Source: a virus
Virus record (IMG/VR): IMGVR_UViG_3300042509_001112
Coordinates: 1-64,000 of that record
Direction: 5' to 3' (one strand)
Length of the DNA: 64,000 nt
In this document: positions 10,112 to 21,406 of the stretch, piece by piece
Layout of the letters: each line of letters begins with the position of its first letter
Numbering within the stretch: the first letter of the stretch is position 1
Program-made: the position numbers and the translations under genes
Notes under the pieces: generated by a model
The model's database searches: none
Told to the model about the DNA's origin: nothing
The model's input: the letters and a program-made list of their open reading frames with translations, nothing else

Positions 10112-10688
10112 TTATAGTATAAATTGTTATAATGAGTTTTTGACTTTCATCTGGACTAGGACTATATCTAGTAGGTATTTCTCTAATAAACTCAATAGAA
10201 TCGTCAGCACCTATTATAGTTTTTAAACAATCTAATAATACCTTACGATATATTAAAGCTAGATTATCTAAATCCCAATTGTTACTCCCTATTGGTTTAA
10301 TAAATTTTATATCAACACCTATTGGAAATAATTGTCTAGGTATTACTTTTAAATCTTTTAGATGTTTATAAAAGAACTTTTTAATTTCATAAGCAATTTT
10401 ATTTCTAAGATTATGATTAAGACCTACCCATATGTTTTGTCCAGATATTTTTTTATATCTTGGTTTACCTACACTACGGATATTTTTTAATATTTTTTCA
10501 TTTGTTTCAATATTTATAAGTTCACCTGCTTTATTAAAACTATGCTTATTATTTTGATACTTCTTAGGTATCTTATCTGTCTTCTTATAATAAACAGGTC
10601 TTCTTTTGTTACTAAGAGTTACATATTCTATGTAGTCCTCAATACTTACCTGATAGATTATATCTTTCTCTTCTATTCTGTATCCCAC
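10101..10688 (-). CDS. RusA-like Holliday junction resolvase
   Basis: WDLDNL...KVLLDCL...ADDS acidic catalytic pattern of the RusA family. Confidence 0.65.
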   Translation of the reverse strand: MGYRIEEKDIIYQVSIEDYIEYVTLSNKRRPVYYKKTDKIPKKYQNNKHSFNKAGELINIETNEKILKNIRSVGKPRYKKISGQNIWVGLNHNLRNKIAYEIKKFFYKHLKDLKVIPRQLFPIGVDIKFIKPIGSNNWDLDNLALIYRKVLLDCLKTIIGADDSIEFIREIPTRYSPSPDESQKLIITIYTINDK

Positions 10689-10708
10689 AATAATCTATAT
10701 TAAATGTG

Positions 10709-11731
10709 TTATAGTAAGCTATCTATCAACATTTGAGCATCATTTAACCCATATACTCTAATAAAGTCGCTAATATCTTTTACACCATATTCATCAGGAA
10801 TAAACTTAGGTATTATATCTTTATATGTATTTGTAAGGTGAGCAGTACCCTGCTTACCACTTTTATCATTATCATATAAAGAATATATATGTTCAATACC
10901 ATTTTGTTTTAGCTCTTCATAAATCTTATTAGATAATGAATTCATTTCACCCTGTAAACTTATACTTTGGTAACCCAATTTATATAGACACATAACATCT
11001 TTTAAACTCTTGGTTATGATTAGGATGTTTTCAGAAGTAAACTTCTTACTAGGATCTAAAAAACACTTGGTTTTAAAATAGTTATATCCCTCTATATCAT
11101 TTTGACTACCAGAAAACAGCCATTTAGTTTTCTTGTTTTTAGTTAAAGGACAATAGATTTTGTATGATTGATTGAATTCATATGCATATACAGGATTATT
11201 TCTATTGTATATGCGACATAAACTACCATTTAACCATACATATTTACAACTATACACATTAAATAGTTTTAAAGTATCAATATCAATGTAATATTGACCC
11301 CAATATTCTTTATCTACAAGTGTATAATCTTGACTTTCTATTGTAATGATATTCTTCTTAACAGATAACTTAATACTATCACTAGAATTAAATAACATTC
11401 TAGTAGCATTAGTACTAATATCTTTTAATTTAAAATCATTAGAAATAATTTTAAGAGCTTCCTGAAAATTACAGTTGTATAATTTTTGTACTATACTAAA
11501 ACAGTCAAATGTTTCATTAGTACTAAAATCTTTAGCAATAAATTTATCACCGACATACTTTATACCAAAACTAGGATTTCTATCTTCCCTAAAAGGTGAA
11601 GATATTAGATTACTATATTGTAGTTTAGTGTTAAGATAATACTCTATAATTTGTTGATCAGATAGCTTACTTAACACAAAATCTTTGGTTATGTAAGAAT
11701 CTTCGGAATTAATATTTGAAAAATCAAACAT
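10709..11731 (-). CDS. dnaG: DNA primase (TOPRIM, crAss-like type)
   Basis: SPFREDRNPSF N-terminal motif, ITKSLKDVM, YDNDKSG, KDISD. Confidence 0.85.
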   Translation of the reverse strand: MFDFSNINSEDSYITKDFVLSKLSDQQIIEYYLNTKLQYSNLISSPFREDRNPSFGIKYVGDKFIAKDFSTNETFDCFSIVQKLYNCNFQEALKIISNDFKLKDISTNATRMLFNSSDSIKLSVKKNIITIESQDYTLVDKEYWGQYYIDIDTLKLFNVYSCKYVWLNGSLCRIYNRNNPVYAYEFNQSYKIYCPLTKNKKTKWLFSGSQNDIEGYNYFKTKCFLDPSKKFTSENILIITKSLKDVMCLYKLGYQSISLQGEMNSLSNKIYEELKQNGIEHIYSLYDNDKSGKQGTAHLTNTYKDIIPKFIPDEYGVKDISDFIRVYGLNDAQMLIDSLL

Positions 11732-11785
11732 AACCTAGATTTATGTTAATTAATAATTAATTTAATTTATTTAATTTAGTATTGA

Positions 11786-12334
11786 TTAAAATGGTAGCGA
11801 ATCTATTTGATCAGTTACTTTAGCACCATTAGCTTCTACAGTAGCTTTATTTACACGTTTAAGATCATACTCAATATTTGGATTATAAGTAAGAGCACTC
11901 ATCTCAGATGTAACTGTCATAGGTTCAGCAAAATTAGGTAAACCTAATACAGTCTTAACATATACTTTACCATCACGTTGAGATACATATTCCTCACCTG
12001 TAAATTTCATTCTTAGTTTCTTACCACTAAGAATCTTATTAATATCTTGTAAAGTTGTTGCAGAATTAACTACATTCTCATCAACAACTTTAGTCATCAT
12101 ATGTTTTAGTTTCCTCATAGTATATTGAGGAGCATTACCTTCCATAGACATATCAATATTAAGTTCTGCACCATTATCTAAACTAAATGGTACACGAATT
12201 ACTGCTTTACCATTAGGAGTTGTTTCTGATGTGATTGTACCTATTGTTACATTATCATGTACTCCTGGTTTAACAGATGGTTTAACACTTGAACCTGATT
12301 GAACGTCACTGAAATTAAATGTAATATTACTCAT
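11786..12334 (-). CDS. Putative single-stranded DNA-binding protein
   Basis: Between AAA ATPase and primase; acidic C-terminus ending DSLPF typical of SSB tails; start moved to MSNITF. Confidence 0.6.
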   Translation of the reverse strand: MSNITFNFSDVQSGSSVKPSVKPGVHDNVTIGTITSETTPNGKAVIRVPFSLDNGAELNIDMSMEGNAPQYTMRKLKHMMTKVVDENVVNSATTLQDINKILSGKKLRMKFTGEEYVSQRDGKVYVKTVLGLPNFAEPMTVTSEMSALTYNPNIEYDLKRVNKATVEANGAKVTDQIDSLPF

Positions 12335-12398
12335 ATATTTGTTGTTTAAAAAGTTAAAAATAAATTGGATTATACTTATGTAAATTATTATATATCTA

Positions 12399-13145
12399 TT
12401 AATCAATATAGATTTTATCCCAATAAGTTTCTAGCTTATTGTTTTTCATAGTTGCTACTACAAGTTCTTGATTTCTCAAGTGTTCTGGTCTAGCACCGCA
12501 TGTTATTAAATCACTACTATTAAAATTAAGTATGGTATTATCACCATCTCTAGATAAGAAACCAATAGCATCTGCAGTTGAACACAATAAACTTTTAAGC
12601 TTACCTGTTAAATCAATATCAGCAGCCATAACTTCTTTACCTTTAATCTCAATAGATTTGTCTTTTAAATGACCTAAGAATATTACATTATGAGATAGAC
12701 TTTTAATATAGTCTACAACATCAAAGAATGCTTCTCTTAAGTATAAATAACCAGCACCGTTTGGTAATTTGAGTACACTTTCTCCATCAAAGTTCTTACC
12801 CATAGGGGTTTCTTTGTACTTTTTTATAGCAAGTGGCATTACCATATCTTCTAAAGCTGTAATAGTATCTACAGCAATATACTTATAAGGTCTGCCTGCT
12901 TTTTTAATTTCTTCACCATAAGTTTTAAGATCAGCTAGATCATTAATAGTTACCTTCATAGCATCTACAAAATCACTACCTTTCTCAAAATCTAGTAATA
13001 AACAATTATCTAATTGTGCAATTAGACTTGTTTTACCTGCTTTTGGTTTAGAATAAATTACCAATACTCCTGGAGATTTTCTACTAGGAGGAATCCTACT
13101 AGTTGGTAAAATAACCTTACTACTCTTTTCTACTTCTACACTCAT
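12399..13145 (-). CDS. AAA-family ATPase (Sak4/AAA_24-like)
   Basis: YSKPKAGKT Walker A, LLLDFEKGS, IAVDTIT Walker B, LPNGAGY. Confidence 0.8.
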   Translation of the reverse strand: MSVEVEKSSKVILPTSRIPPSRKSPGVLVIYSKPKAGKTSLIAQLDNCLLLDFEKGSDFVDAMKVTINDLADLKTYGEEIKKAGRPYKYIAVDTITALEDMVMPLAIKKYKETPMGKNFDGESVLKLPNGAGYLYLREAFFDVVDYIKSLSHNVIFLGHLKDKSIEIKGKEVMAADIDLTGKLKSLLCSTADAIGFLSRDGDNTILNFNSSDLITCGARPEHLRNQELVVATMKNNKLETYWDKIYID

Positions 13146-13163
13146 CTAGTTATTTTAATTGTT

Positions 13164-14216
13164 TTACTTTAATTTACTTAAATACTCTTGATATAAAGCA
13201 TCAGTCATTTCATCTACTTTAGGTAATTCTATAAATGTACCTGCTCTAGCATTAAATAGAGTACCTATTGCAATATTGTCAATAGATAATCTGTTTTTAA
13301 TAATCTTTAGCATTACAAAATTACTTCTAAAGTCATGAAGTTTATACTTTAGGCATTCTCTCATATCTAATTTCCAAGGATTCATTAGACCAATAACAAC
13401 ATCACTATCGTCATATGGATTTCTAGTATTCTTAAAATCAGATTGTTGAGGTGATATATCAACACCTTTAAGTTTACTACGTTCCACACTAGATAGTGAG
13501 TCATTAAATTGGCTAATATTAAAGAAACTCATACCAAACTGGTTGGACAATTCTACGCAATATTCAGACCACTTATCAATATTTTCCTTAACAGAGAAAC
13601 CTCTCTCTAAGCTCATTAAAGATAAGTGATCTAAAACTACTACGCATTGCCAATTTGGATTATAAGGTTTAAAGCTTACAATCTTTTGTTTCTGTTTACC
13701 TTCATGATCAGTATATGTTTCATAACTAAACTTACCATGTTTCTTACCATGTTCCCACAATGTAAAGTACATTCCAGTAGGGTTCTCTGGTTTAAAATAG
13801 AAGTTTATTCTAGAAAACATTTCTTCCATAAAAGGTATTTCCTTATTAACTATTTCTAGCTCAGATTGAGATAACCTATTCTGACCTAAGCCTTTAATTG
13901 TTTCAGGAGGGATTATAATTCCATATTTGTTGTAAATGATACTACTTAACCAATTACATTGTTTAGTAACTTTATCAATCTCATAAGAGTAATAAAACAC
14001 ATCTAGTTTTATACCTTTCTTATCAGCATCTTGAATAGCATTACTAATCATATAATCACATAAAGTTGTCTTACCAGTACCTGAATTACCACCGATAAGA
14101 GTCTTACACTTTCTTTGTACACCAAATATGTAATTATTCAATCTATTAAAACCATTAGATAGACCTTCATATTTACCTTCTAACCCCTCTTCTATCCTAA
14201 GTTTTAAATCACTCAT
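13164..14216 (-). CDS. dnaB: Replicative DnaB-like helicase
   Basis: GGNSGTGKT, YSYEI, VLDH, ISQFN, DSDVVIGL, KIIKNR. Confidence 0.85.
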   Translation of the reverse strand: MSDLKLRIEEGLEGKYEGLSNGFNRLNNYIFGVQRKCKTLIGGNSGTGKTTLCDYMISNAIQDADKKGIKLDVFYYSYEIDKVTKQCNWLSSIIYNKYGIIIPPETIKGLGQNRLSQSELEIVNKEIPFMEEMFSRINFYFKPENPTGMYFTLWEHGKKHGKFSYETYTDHEGKQKQKIVSFKPYNPNWQCVVVLDHLSLMSLERGFSVKENIDKWSEYCVELSNQFGMSFFNISQFNDSLSSVERSKLKGVDISPQQSDFKNTRNPYDDSDVVIGLMNPWKLDMRECLKYKLHDFRSNFVMLKIIKNRLSIDNIAIGTLFNARAGTFIELPKVDEMTDALYQEYLSKLK

Positions 14217-14225
14217 TCTTTACCT

Positions 14226-14870
14226 CTATACCCCTTCTAAATCATTACTTATTTTATATGTATCTTGATTATCATTAATACCTTGGACATAGGCTTCACA
14301 ATAACCAGATAACATACTAGTTCCATCTTTAATTATAAAGTATGGAGCTAATTTCATTTTATCATAGTTCCTTGCTTTACAATCATTAATATAATTCTTT
14401 GTGGCTTCTAGAATTATATCTTTTGTAAATTGAGGATTATCAATGATAAACTTATTCATTTTATTACTACAATCTTGTATACTACTCCTTACATAAAAAC
14501 CACCTGACTTTATACCTTTAGGAAACAAATCATAATATTCTTCTATCCAAGATACTTTATAAGGTATTAGTTTTTCATTACTAGGAGCACTCTTAACAAA
14601 TTCTTTAAAGATTAATTCTCCTTTAGAAGTTAATCTAAGATTGTTTGAATACAAATCTTCTAGTGATATCTTATTTTCATTTTGAACAATTCTACATATA
14701 AATTGTTTTTGTGTTAAATTACTTATTATATAATTAGTATAGGGTTCTACATCGTGATAATCACAAATAATATCAATATTTTTATTATATAACGAGTATA
14801 ATAAAACATATTCTTGAAAATCTATATTATTATTTAATAAGTTTTTAACTAATAAATGTAATTGACTCAT
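14226..14870 (-). CDS. Putative replication initiator / helicase loader-like protein
   Basis: Directly upstream of helicase; N-terminal winged-helix-like segment (LTSKG) and C-terminal IILEATKNYI..KLAPYFI segment. Confidence 0.45.
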   Translation of the reverse strand: MSQLHLLVKNLLNNNIDFQEYVLLYSLYNKNIDIICDYHDVEPYTNYIISNLTQKQFICRIVQNENKISLEDLYSNNLRLTSKGELIFKEFVKSAPSNEKLIPYKVSWIEEYYDLFPKGIKSGGFYVRSSIQDCSNKMNKFIIDNPQFTKDIILEATKNYINDCKARNYDKMKLAPYFIIKDGTSMLSGYCEAYVQGINDNQDTYKISNDLEGV

Positions 14871-15901
14871 AAATCATCATTATCAACAGATTGTTCAGCT
14901 TCATCATAACTTTCTAGCATATCAAAAAATGGATCATTAGCTGGAGGTTGTTCTACAGGAGTACTATTAACAGGAGTATTTTCAACAACAGCATTATTTA
15001 TCATTGCAGTTAAATAATCATTCATTGCATTAATAGATGTTCCAGTTGTAGAAGATAAATTACCAGTATTTAAGTGTCCAGACTTTAGTTTTATAGTATC
15101 AAATGCACTTTTATACATATTTATCTTTTTTTTATAATCTAAAGCTTTATATTCTTCACCCTCATTATGTGATTTAAAAATACTATTAAAACATTTTGAT
15201 TTATAGTTATAAAAATCATTTCTAGCTTCATCAATAAGATTACCATTTATAATTGATTCTTCAATATCTGATAATTCATTATCAATTTTATCAAGTTTAT
15301 TAGTATGTCTTTCTAAATTACTAGTTAATTTATTCTTTTCATTAAGTAGTTTATGATAATTAGAATCACTTCTTAAAATACATTCTTGAACATTTTTATA
15401 AGTATTTAGTCTAGAAGTATAATCTTGAAAAGTAACTGCTATATTATCTATTAAATTAGATATTTCTGAACTATTAGAATTAAAAAATACAATTGCAAAA
15501 TCAGAATTTTTATCTATTTTAATATCATAATCTTCTTCTAAATAAAAAGGAAAGTGATTATGCATACTATTAAAGTAAAATTCTACTCTTAATTTAGCAT
15601 TAAATATAGGTTGTAGTATATTTCTAATTAGTTCTTCAGCAAGATTATCGTGATTTGTATATGGACTAAAACCATCATTTACATCAACATTTACTAACTT
15701 TAAAGGTACTAAAATAGCTCTTTTATTTTGTGCTAATTTTATAAAATTAGTAATTTGATTGTCTTTTTTATTATCTTTAAAATTGTTATTTAAGTAATAT
15801 TTTATATTACTCATAACTTGAAAGTTTTTGTAAGTGGAATTAATAACTTCCCACACAGCGTTAAAAACAGTTTCTACGTTAGCTTTATTTTTATTATCCA
15901 T
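14867..15901 (-). CDS. Hypothetical protein with coiled coil and acidic tail
   Basis: 344-aa ORF. Confidence 0.6.
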   Translation of the reverse strand: MDNKNKANVETVFNAVWEVINSTYKNFQVMSNIKYYLNNNFKDNKKDNQITNFIKLAQNKRAILVPLKLVNVDVNDGFSPYTNHDNLAEELIRNILQPIFNAKLRVEFYFNSMHNHFPFYLEEDYDIKIDKNSDFAIVFFNSNSSEISNLIDNIAVTFQDYTSRLNTYKNVQECILRSDSNYHKLLNEKNKLTSNLERHTNKLDKIDNELSDIEESIINGNLIDEARNDFYNYKSKCFNSIFKSHNEGEEYKALDYKKKINMYKSAFDTIKLKSGHLNTGNLSSTTGTSINAMNDYLTAMINNAVVENTPVNSTPVEQPPANDPFFDMLESYDEAEQSVDNDDL

Positions 15902-15912
15902 ATTTTTAATTA

Positions 15913-16404
15913 TTATTCATACCAATTATTATAATCATCATAACTTCCTTGATTATAAGATTTTCTAGTTTTAAACATTTTTATTACATTAGTATAATCA
16001 TCAATATCTTCCATATCTGACCATACTATATTATACTTAGTTAATAAAGTATTTTTAATTGCGTTTGTTGTTATAACATCTATAAAATAAAAACTATAAT
16101 TATTTTCTGTAATTATTTTACTTATTGTTTTTAATAACACACCTTGACTTACAAATATCTCAGGAGTTTCTAAATTATATACACAAAAAGATTCAACAGA
16201 TAATAATTTTTGTATAACATTATCTAAACTAACATAATCATTATAAGTGTAATAATTTAGATTAGATGCTACTTGATAAATATTAGAGAATAAAACTGAT
16301 TTGGTATCAGCTTTATTCTCTTCAATTGTACTAACATAATCAATCGTATAATCAAAAGAAGTATTTACAATACTTTTTATATTTTTTTCAATAATTTTTA
16401 CCAT
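15913..16404 (-). CDS. Hypothetical protein
   Basis: 163-aa ORF. Confidence 0.55.
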   Translation of the reverse strand: MVKIIEKNIKSIVNTSFDYTIDYVSTIEENKADTKSVLFSNIYQVASNLNYYTYNDYVSLDNVIQKLLSVESFCVYNLETPEIFVSQGVLLKTISKIITENNYSFYFIDVITTNAIKNTLLTKYNIVWSDMEDIDDYTNVIKMFKTRKSYNQGSYDDYNNWYE

Positions 16405-16406
16405 AT

Positions 16407-17939
16407 TTAAGAAGTTAATATTTGTTCTAATCTAGATTTAATTTTAGGTACTTCTTCTTTATAAAAATTCTCATAAAACATAATCAAAGCTTTAGAATTA
16501 AATTTAGTTTTATAGAAATTATTTACATTATTAACTTGTAAATTAGTATTTCTACTAATTGTATCATAAAGTGCTCTTAATTTCTTTCTTTTATTATTAG
16601 AAATACTTTCTCCATATAAATTAACTAATTTCATGTAATCTTTATAAATACTTACATAAGCTTTCTTAGGTATTACTTGAAACTCATCATTTAAACTTCT
16701 AGCACTTACAACACAACTAAGATCATCATTAAAATCTATAGATTTAATTGTTAAAGCATGAGTAACATCTGGATTTTCACTAGAATTATAACAATTAAAA
16801 ATATAATACAACTTATCAGCTTTAATTTTAACATTGAATTTATCAATATCTTTCTTAGCTCTTAAGAAGAAGTGATCTTTATTACTTTTATCAATATTAA
16901 TATAAACATCTAAGTTAGTATTAGTATTATCATCAGTATCACTATCACTAAAATTTATAAAAGTTTTAGGTTTTTTTCTAAAAGAAGTTTGATTACTATT
17001 TTTAGTATTACCTATAATTTTTAAATCAGACTTAGGAGCTTCTAGAATTTCTATTGTAAAATCAAAGTTAGTATTAACTTTTCTTTTAATCTCAGTATTT
17101 GCTTTATTATCAATACTAATAATTTTAGCTTCTGATGGTTTATCTTTAGGACCTTCTAGTTGTAATTGACTAGTTGGAGTTGGTGAATTACGAATAGAAT
17201 TTAAAGCTTTACCCCACCAATGAGAGTAAATACTATTTATATCATCATAATCATCAATATCATTACTAGTATTTTTTATTTCAACACCTCCTCTATCATT
17301 ATAAAGACCATTAGAATAACCTTTATTACTAAATAAGAAGCCTTTCTCAGAAACAAAATTACCTGCTCTAATCAACTCTCTATCAGGAAACATAAAACAT
17401 ACTTTCTGACCTACTAAGTCTTGATTAATACTACTAGTAAAAGCATCTTCACCTTTTAGTTTTAACTCAGCAATCTCTTTATCTGATCCAAAATTAGTAT
17501 AAGCCCAATTAAAACTATCACTTAAATCTGAAGCAATATCATAATAACTACTATGATAGAAAATACCATTATGAGCAAATACACCTGTTTCTATATTATC
17601 ACTATCTAAAGTTAAAATAGAACCTTTAGGACCTTCAGTAGGTAATTCTCCTAACACATAAGGATGTTGGTTATAAGTACTTTTATTACCAGCAGTGCCT
17701 TGTCTAAGGTGAATCATTAACTCATCACCAGGTTGAATATCACAAGATTTTAACCACTTATAAAATTCATCTACAGTTTGATTATAATAACCTTTATTTA
17801 GCATAAGAGTGTTGGAGAGCTGTTTTCTAACAGCTCCGCCAATACCATCTCTATTAAAAGTTATTCCATTATTTACAGACCAGATTACAAATTCATGGTC
17901 ATACACTACATTACTTGGTTTTATTATCAGTAAACACAT
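16407..17939 (-). CDS. Class II (Ntn) glutamine amidotransferase with long C-terminal extension
   Basis: N-terminal MC nucleophile, NRDGIG, IHLRQGTAG, NQHPY, FAHNG, SDS. Confidence 0.8.
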   Translation of the reverse strand: MCLLIIKPSNVVYDHEFVIWSVNNGITFNRDGIGGAVRKQLSNTLMLNKGYYNQTVDEFYKWLKSCDIQPGDELMIHLRQGTAGNKSTYNQHPYVLGELPTEGPKGSILTLDSDNIETGVFAHNGIFYHSSYYDIASDLSDSFNWAYTNFGSDKEIAELKLKGEDAFTSSINQDLVGQKVCFMFPDRELIRAGNFVSEKGFLFSNKGYSNGLYNDRGGVEIKNTSNDIDDYDDINSIYSHWWGKALNSIRNSPTPTSQLQLEGPKDKPSEAKIISIDNKANTEIKRKVNTNFDFTIEILEAPKSDLKIIGNTKNSNQTSFRKKPKTFINFSDSDTDDNTNTNLDVYINIDKSNKDHFFLRAKKDIDKFNVKIKADKLYYIFNCYNSSENPDVTHALTIKSIDFNDDLSCVVSARSLNDEFQVIPKKAYVSIYKDYMKLVNLYGESISNNKRKKLRALYDTISRNTNLQVNNVNNFYKTKFNSKALIMFYENFYKEEVPKIKSRLEQILTS

Positions 17940-19801
17940 TAGGATATTAGTTGTTTAATATTAAGTTTTTCATTTGTTGACTCTACATCAATATCTTCAT
18001 CAGCTGTTACACTAAAGATTTGTGTTCTAGAATCAATGAATTCATTTAATTTTCTATAAGATTTAGGATAAACTTTTTTAATTACATTTTTAAGTGTAAT
18101 AGGTTCTTTATTATTATCAAACATAATATAGTTATTAATTATATCTTTATGATAATTTTCAGAAAAGTTTACAATAGCCATACAAATCTTTACCCAGTTC
18201 TTAATTTTAATAAAATTAGTACTAGCATTAAAAGGTCTAAATTCTACTGTATAACAAGGAGGATTAGTATTTCTAGTATTAAATAAAGCTGGAATAAAAT
18301 TAATCCAACAATATCTAATATTACTATGATTGTAACCTACTTTAGCACCTCTAGGATGATTTTTAGTTTTATTAACTTTATCACTAGGAGGACAATCTGC
18401 TGCTAAAGTAAACAATTCTGTGTAATAATTATCTATTCTAATCTTTAAATCCATAACACTTGTGCAGTTATTGAAATTAAAATCTAGATTAGGTAACTTT
18501 CTACAATATTCATTATTACCTCTACTTGCAGGTAGCATATTGAAAATATCTTTTTCTAATGCTTTAGCAAGTTTAAAGAGCATAACGATATTAGCATTAT
18601 TAAAGTTAGCATTACCAATGTGAGTATGAATACCACATGTATAATTAATCTCACTTCTTTTAGCTAATTCAGTACAAATGTACTGCAGATGTTCAAAGCC
18701 TTTATCGCCTTTAAGAACACCTGTAATGACTTCTGGACCATACTTTTCACCTCTAGTATTTTTAATACTACCGTCTTTCTCTACTTTAATATTCATATCA
18801 GTAAAGAAATGTGGTGGAAAGCAACAGTCAGCCATTTCTATTTCTACACCGAAGGTATATTTAAGACCTTCTGTAATAAGATGAGTATTAGAATCTAAAC
18901 CAAATCTATAATTATGATTTATATCATTAGTTTTATCTTGAAGATTACTAAACTCAGGAAAATAATAACCATTTGGATATTGGCAATAATTATCATCCTT
19001 TTTCAATCTATCTTTTCTAACTATCATACCTGATTTTGGACCTATTATAAATATTTTTTTATAAGCTTCTAAAAATTCTTTACCATTTATTAAAAAAAGT
19101 TTTGATTGACTATCAAGACCTGCTAAATTTGGAAAATACTTTAAAGGTATTGTTAATAAATTAGAAAAATCATTATTATTTACAGATACCTTAGTAAAAG
19201 ATGTTAGAGCATTTATATTACTTTCAGTAATAATCTCTGGATTATCTACTAAATTTGCTATATAAGCATTTTTAATTTTATTATAAGGATAATAGATACC
19301 ATTAATATAACACTGTGTATAAGCAGCATATGCTCCATATTTCATTACTTCTGTTTTAGGAACAACTGTAATATGATTAATACCAATACAAACTTGAACG
19401 CAATTAGATTTACTTACCAACTTACCTTGGTATACTATCATATTGCTAAGTTTATCTTCACTACCAAAACAATCTTTAACCATAATATCAGGATCGTTTT
19501 CATATACTCTTTTCTTCTTTTGTAAAAAGTATTTTTTATAATCTTTTTTATAATAGAATTCTAAAACATTTTCACAAAGCACTTCTACAATTTGTTTTTT
19601 ATTATTGATTAGACCTATTCGATAAAATTCAGTTTTATTAGGTTGAGAAATAGTATTGAATGTTATAATTTTCCACTTTTCTTTAGGATTTTGAGTTATT
19701 TTTATAAAATCACCTATAAAGTATTTTACATCATTTATTTGAATATAATCAAATCCATTTATTGTACCTCTAGTTACTACGCCAACATTTGTTTTTTCCA
19801 T
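17939..19801 (-). CDS. Putative amidoligase (Amidoligase_2, glutamine synthetase-like fold) with N-terminal extension
   Basis: TFGVEIE, KDGSI, GPEVIT, CGIHTHIG, RYCWIN, TVEFR. Confidence 0.85.
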   Translation of the reverse strand: MEKTNVGVVTRGTINGFDYIQINDVKYFIGDFIKITQNPKEKWKIITFNTISQPNKTEFYRIGLINNKKQIVEVLCENVLEFYYKKDYKKYFLQKKKRVYENDPDIMVKDCFGSEDKLSNMIVYQGKLVSKSNCVQVCIGINHITVVPKTEVMKYGAYAAYTQCYINGIYYPYNKIKNAYIANLVDNPEIITESNINALTSFTKVSVNNNDFSNLLTIPLKYFPNLAGLDSQSKLFLINGKEFLEAYKKIFIIGPKSGMIVRKDRLKKDDNYCQYPNGYYFPEFSNLQDKTNDINHNYRFGLDSNTHLITEGLKYTFGVEIEMADCCFPPHFFTDMNIKVEKDGSIKNTRGEKYGPEVITGVLKGDKGFEHLQYICTELAKRSEINYTCGIHTHIGNANFNNANIVMLFKLAKALEKDIFNMLPASRGNNEYCRKLPNLDFNFNNCTSVMDLKIRIDNYYTELFTLAADCPPSDKVNKTKNHPRGAKVGYNHSNIRYCWINFIPALFNTRNTNPPCYTVEFRPFNASTNFIKIKNWVKICMAIVNFSENYHKDIINNYIMFDNNKEPITLKNVIKKVYPKSYRKLNEFIDSRTQIFSVTADEDIDVESTNEKLNIKQLIS

Positions 19802-21366
19802 GAATCTACAGCATTTATTAATAAACTACTTGTTTTTTCTTTTAATTCATCTAAAGTATTACTTGCAGCTTTCATTGCAGCTATACTCATAGCATCAGCT
19901 TCTTCTGCTAATACATCTGTAAGATCATTGATAGTTATAATCATATCTTCAGCTATATCAAATAAAGCAGACATTTCTTTGTTATCAAAAGTTTTCATCA
20001 ATTTTGTTAACTCATCAGAAGTTAATAAATGATTATCTACTATATATTGACCTATAAAAGATTCTTGTGTAAATAAATTAGTTTGAGAATCAGATTCACC
20101 AAATCCATTTGTTTTATTTTTTAAGAAACTATTAATAGTATCATCATAAACATTGTATTTAGATATTTCTGTAGTTTCAGTAGGTCTTAAATACTTAGCT
20201 TGTACATCATAGTATTCATTATCCATAGAACTTAAACAATTAAGCAATTTCTCACCTTTACTGTTAATACGTTCTATATGTCTAATACTAACTACATCAC
20301 CTCTATTAAATACAATTTTATCTGGGTTATTAACATCAGTTAACTTCTTCATTACTACAACATAACTATCAACCATAGCATCTAATGGTTTATTAGGTTG
20401 ATTATAATAAAAATTAAAAGGTAACGAAGTCATTGTTTTACCTTCACTATTTTCAATAGTAAGAGTTTGTTTCTCATGATTTACTTCTTTTAATAAATAG
20501 TAACTATTTGTAGTTATATCAAAATCTGTATTATTTTTAGCTGGTATATATCTATCAGATTTAATCCAATTATTAAGATACTTACTCCAATAGTTAAAAT
20601 GAGCTCCTGTTAAAGCATTGTCGCTGCTATTATTATTGTTATGACTATGATTATTATTGCTGTTATTTTGATATAATCTATAGGGTCTACAGGGAATAAT
20701 AAGTTCTTTAATTATTTTACCCTCAAAGATAGTATATAAAGTATTAGTATTAAATTCTTTAATATCAGTACAATCAATAGCTTCTAGAGATTCTTCAAGA
20801 CTACTAATATACATACCTTCATCACTCATACCATAAAACAAAGGTCTTTGATTATTTAATCTAAAAGTCATTAAGAAACTATTTTGTTGACCTTTCTTTA
20901 ATTTAATATTCTTATCACCAATTAATAAACTAGCAGAACCATCAATTTCAGAAAGTATCTTAGTATTAAAATTAGTATCTAAGATTTTGTGCAAAACTTG
21001 AGTATCTGTTGTATAATCAGAAGCACTAATTCCATGTTTATATGCTAAATTAGTATAGTTATTTAATGTACCGTTATGAGCTAAAACAGCATTATCACCT
21101 ACAAAAGGATGTGCTACATTTAGCATATTTTTACCTATAGTACCTTGTCTAACATGACCTATAAGCATATAATCCTCTTGAATTGTTTTAAAGTCTTTAG
21201 TAAGAAATTTAGTTGCTTGATCTAAAGATTTTACTAAATTATTTTCAGGACTCCAAAAACCTGAAGCATCTTTACCTCTATCTTGATTATAAAGAAATAA
21301 AGTCTTTATTTTATTTTTATCAAACTTTTGACCTTTATGACCTGAAAAACCTAATAATCCACACAT
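19777..21366 (-). CDS. Class II (Ntn) glutamine amidotransferase with long C-terminal extension
   Basis: MCGLLG, RGKDASG, GHVRQGT, AHPF, AHNGTL, TDTQ, RPLF. Confidence 0.88.
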   Translation of the reverse strand: MCGLLGFSGHKGQKFDKNKIKTLFLYNQDRGKDASGFWSPENNLVKSLDQATKFLTKDFKTIQEDYMLIGHVRQGTIGKNMLNVAHPFVGDNAVLAHNGTLNNYTNLAYKHGISASDYTTDTQVLHKILDTNFNTKILSEIDGSASLLIGDKNIKLKKGQQNSFLMTFRLNNQRPLFYGMSDEGMYISSLEESLEAIDCTDIKEFNTNTLYTIFEGKIIKELIIPCRPYRLYQNNSNNNHSHNNNNSSDNALTGAHFNYWSKYLNNWIKSDRYIPAKNNTDFDITTNSYYLLKEVNHEKQTLTIENSEGKTMTSLPFNFYYNQPNKPLDAMVDSYVVVMKKLTDVNNPDKIVFNRGDVVSIRHIERINSKGEKLLNCLSSMDNEYYDVQAKYLRPTETTEISKYNVYDDTINSFLKNKTNGFGESDSQTNLFTQESFIGQYIVDNHLLTSDELTKLMKTFDNKEMSALFDIAEDMIITINDLTDVLAEEADAMSIAAMKAASNTLDELKEKTSSLLINAVDSWKKQMLA

Positions 21367-21406
21367 ATTTTTATTTTTAAATTTATAATTTTGTTTTTAA
21401 TTTTAA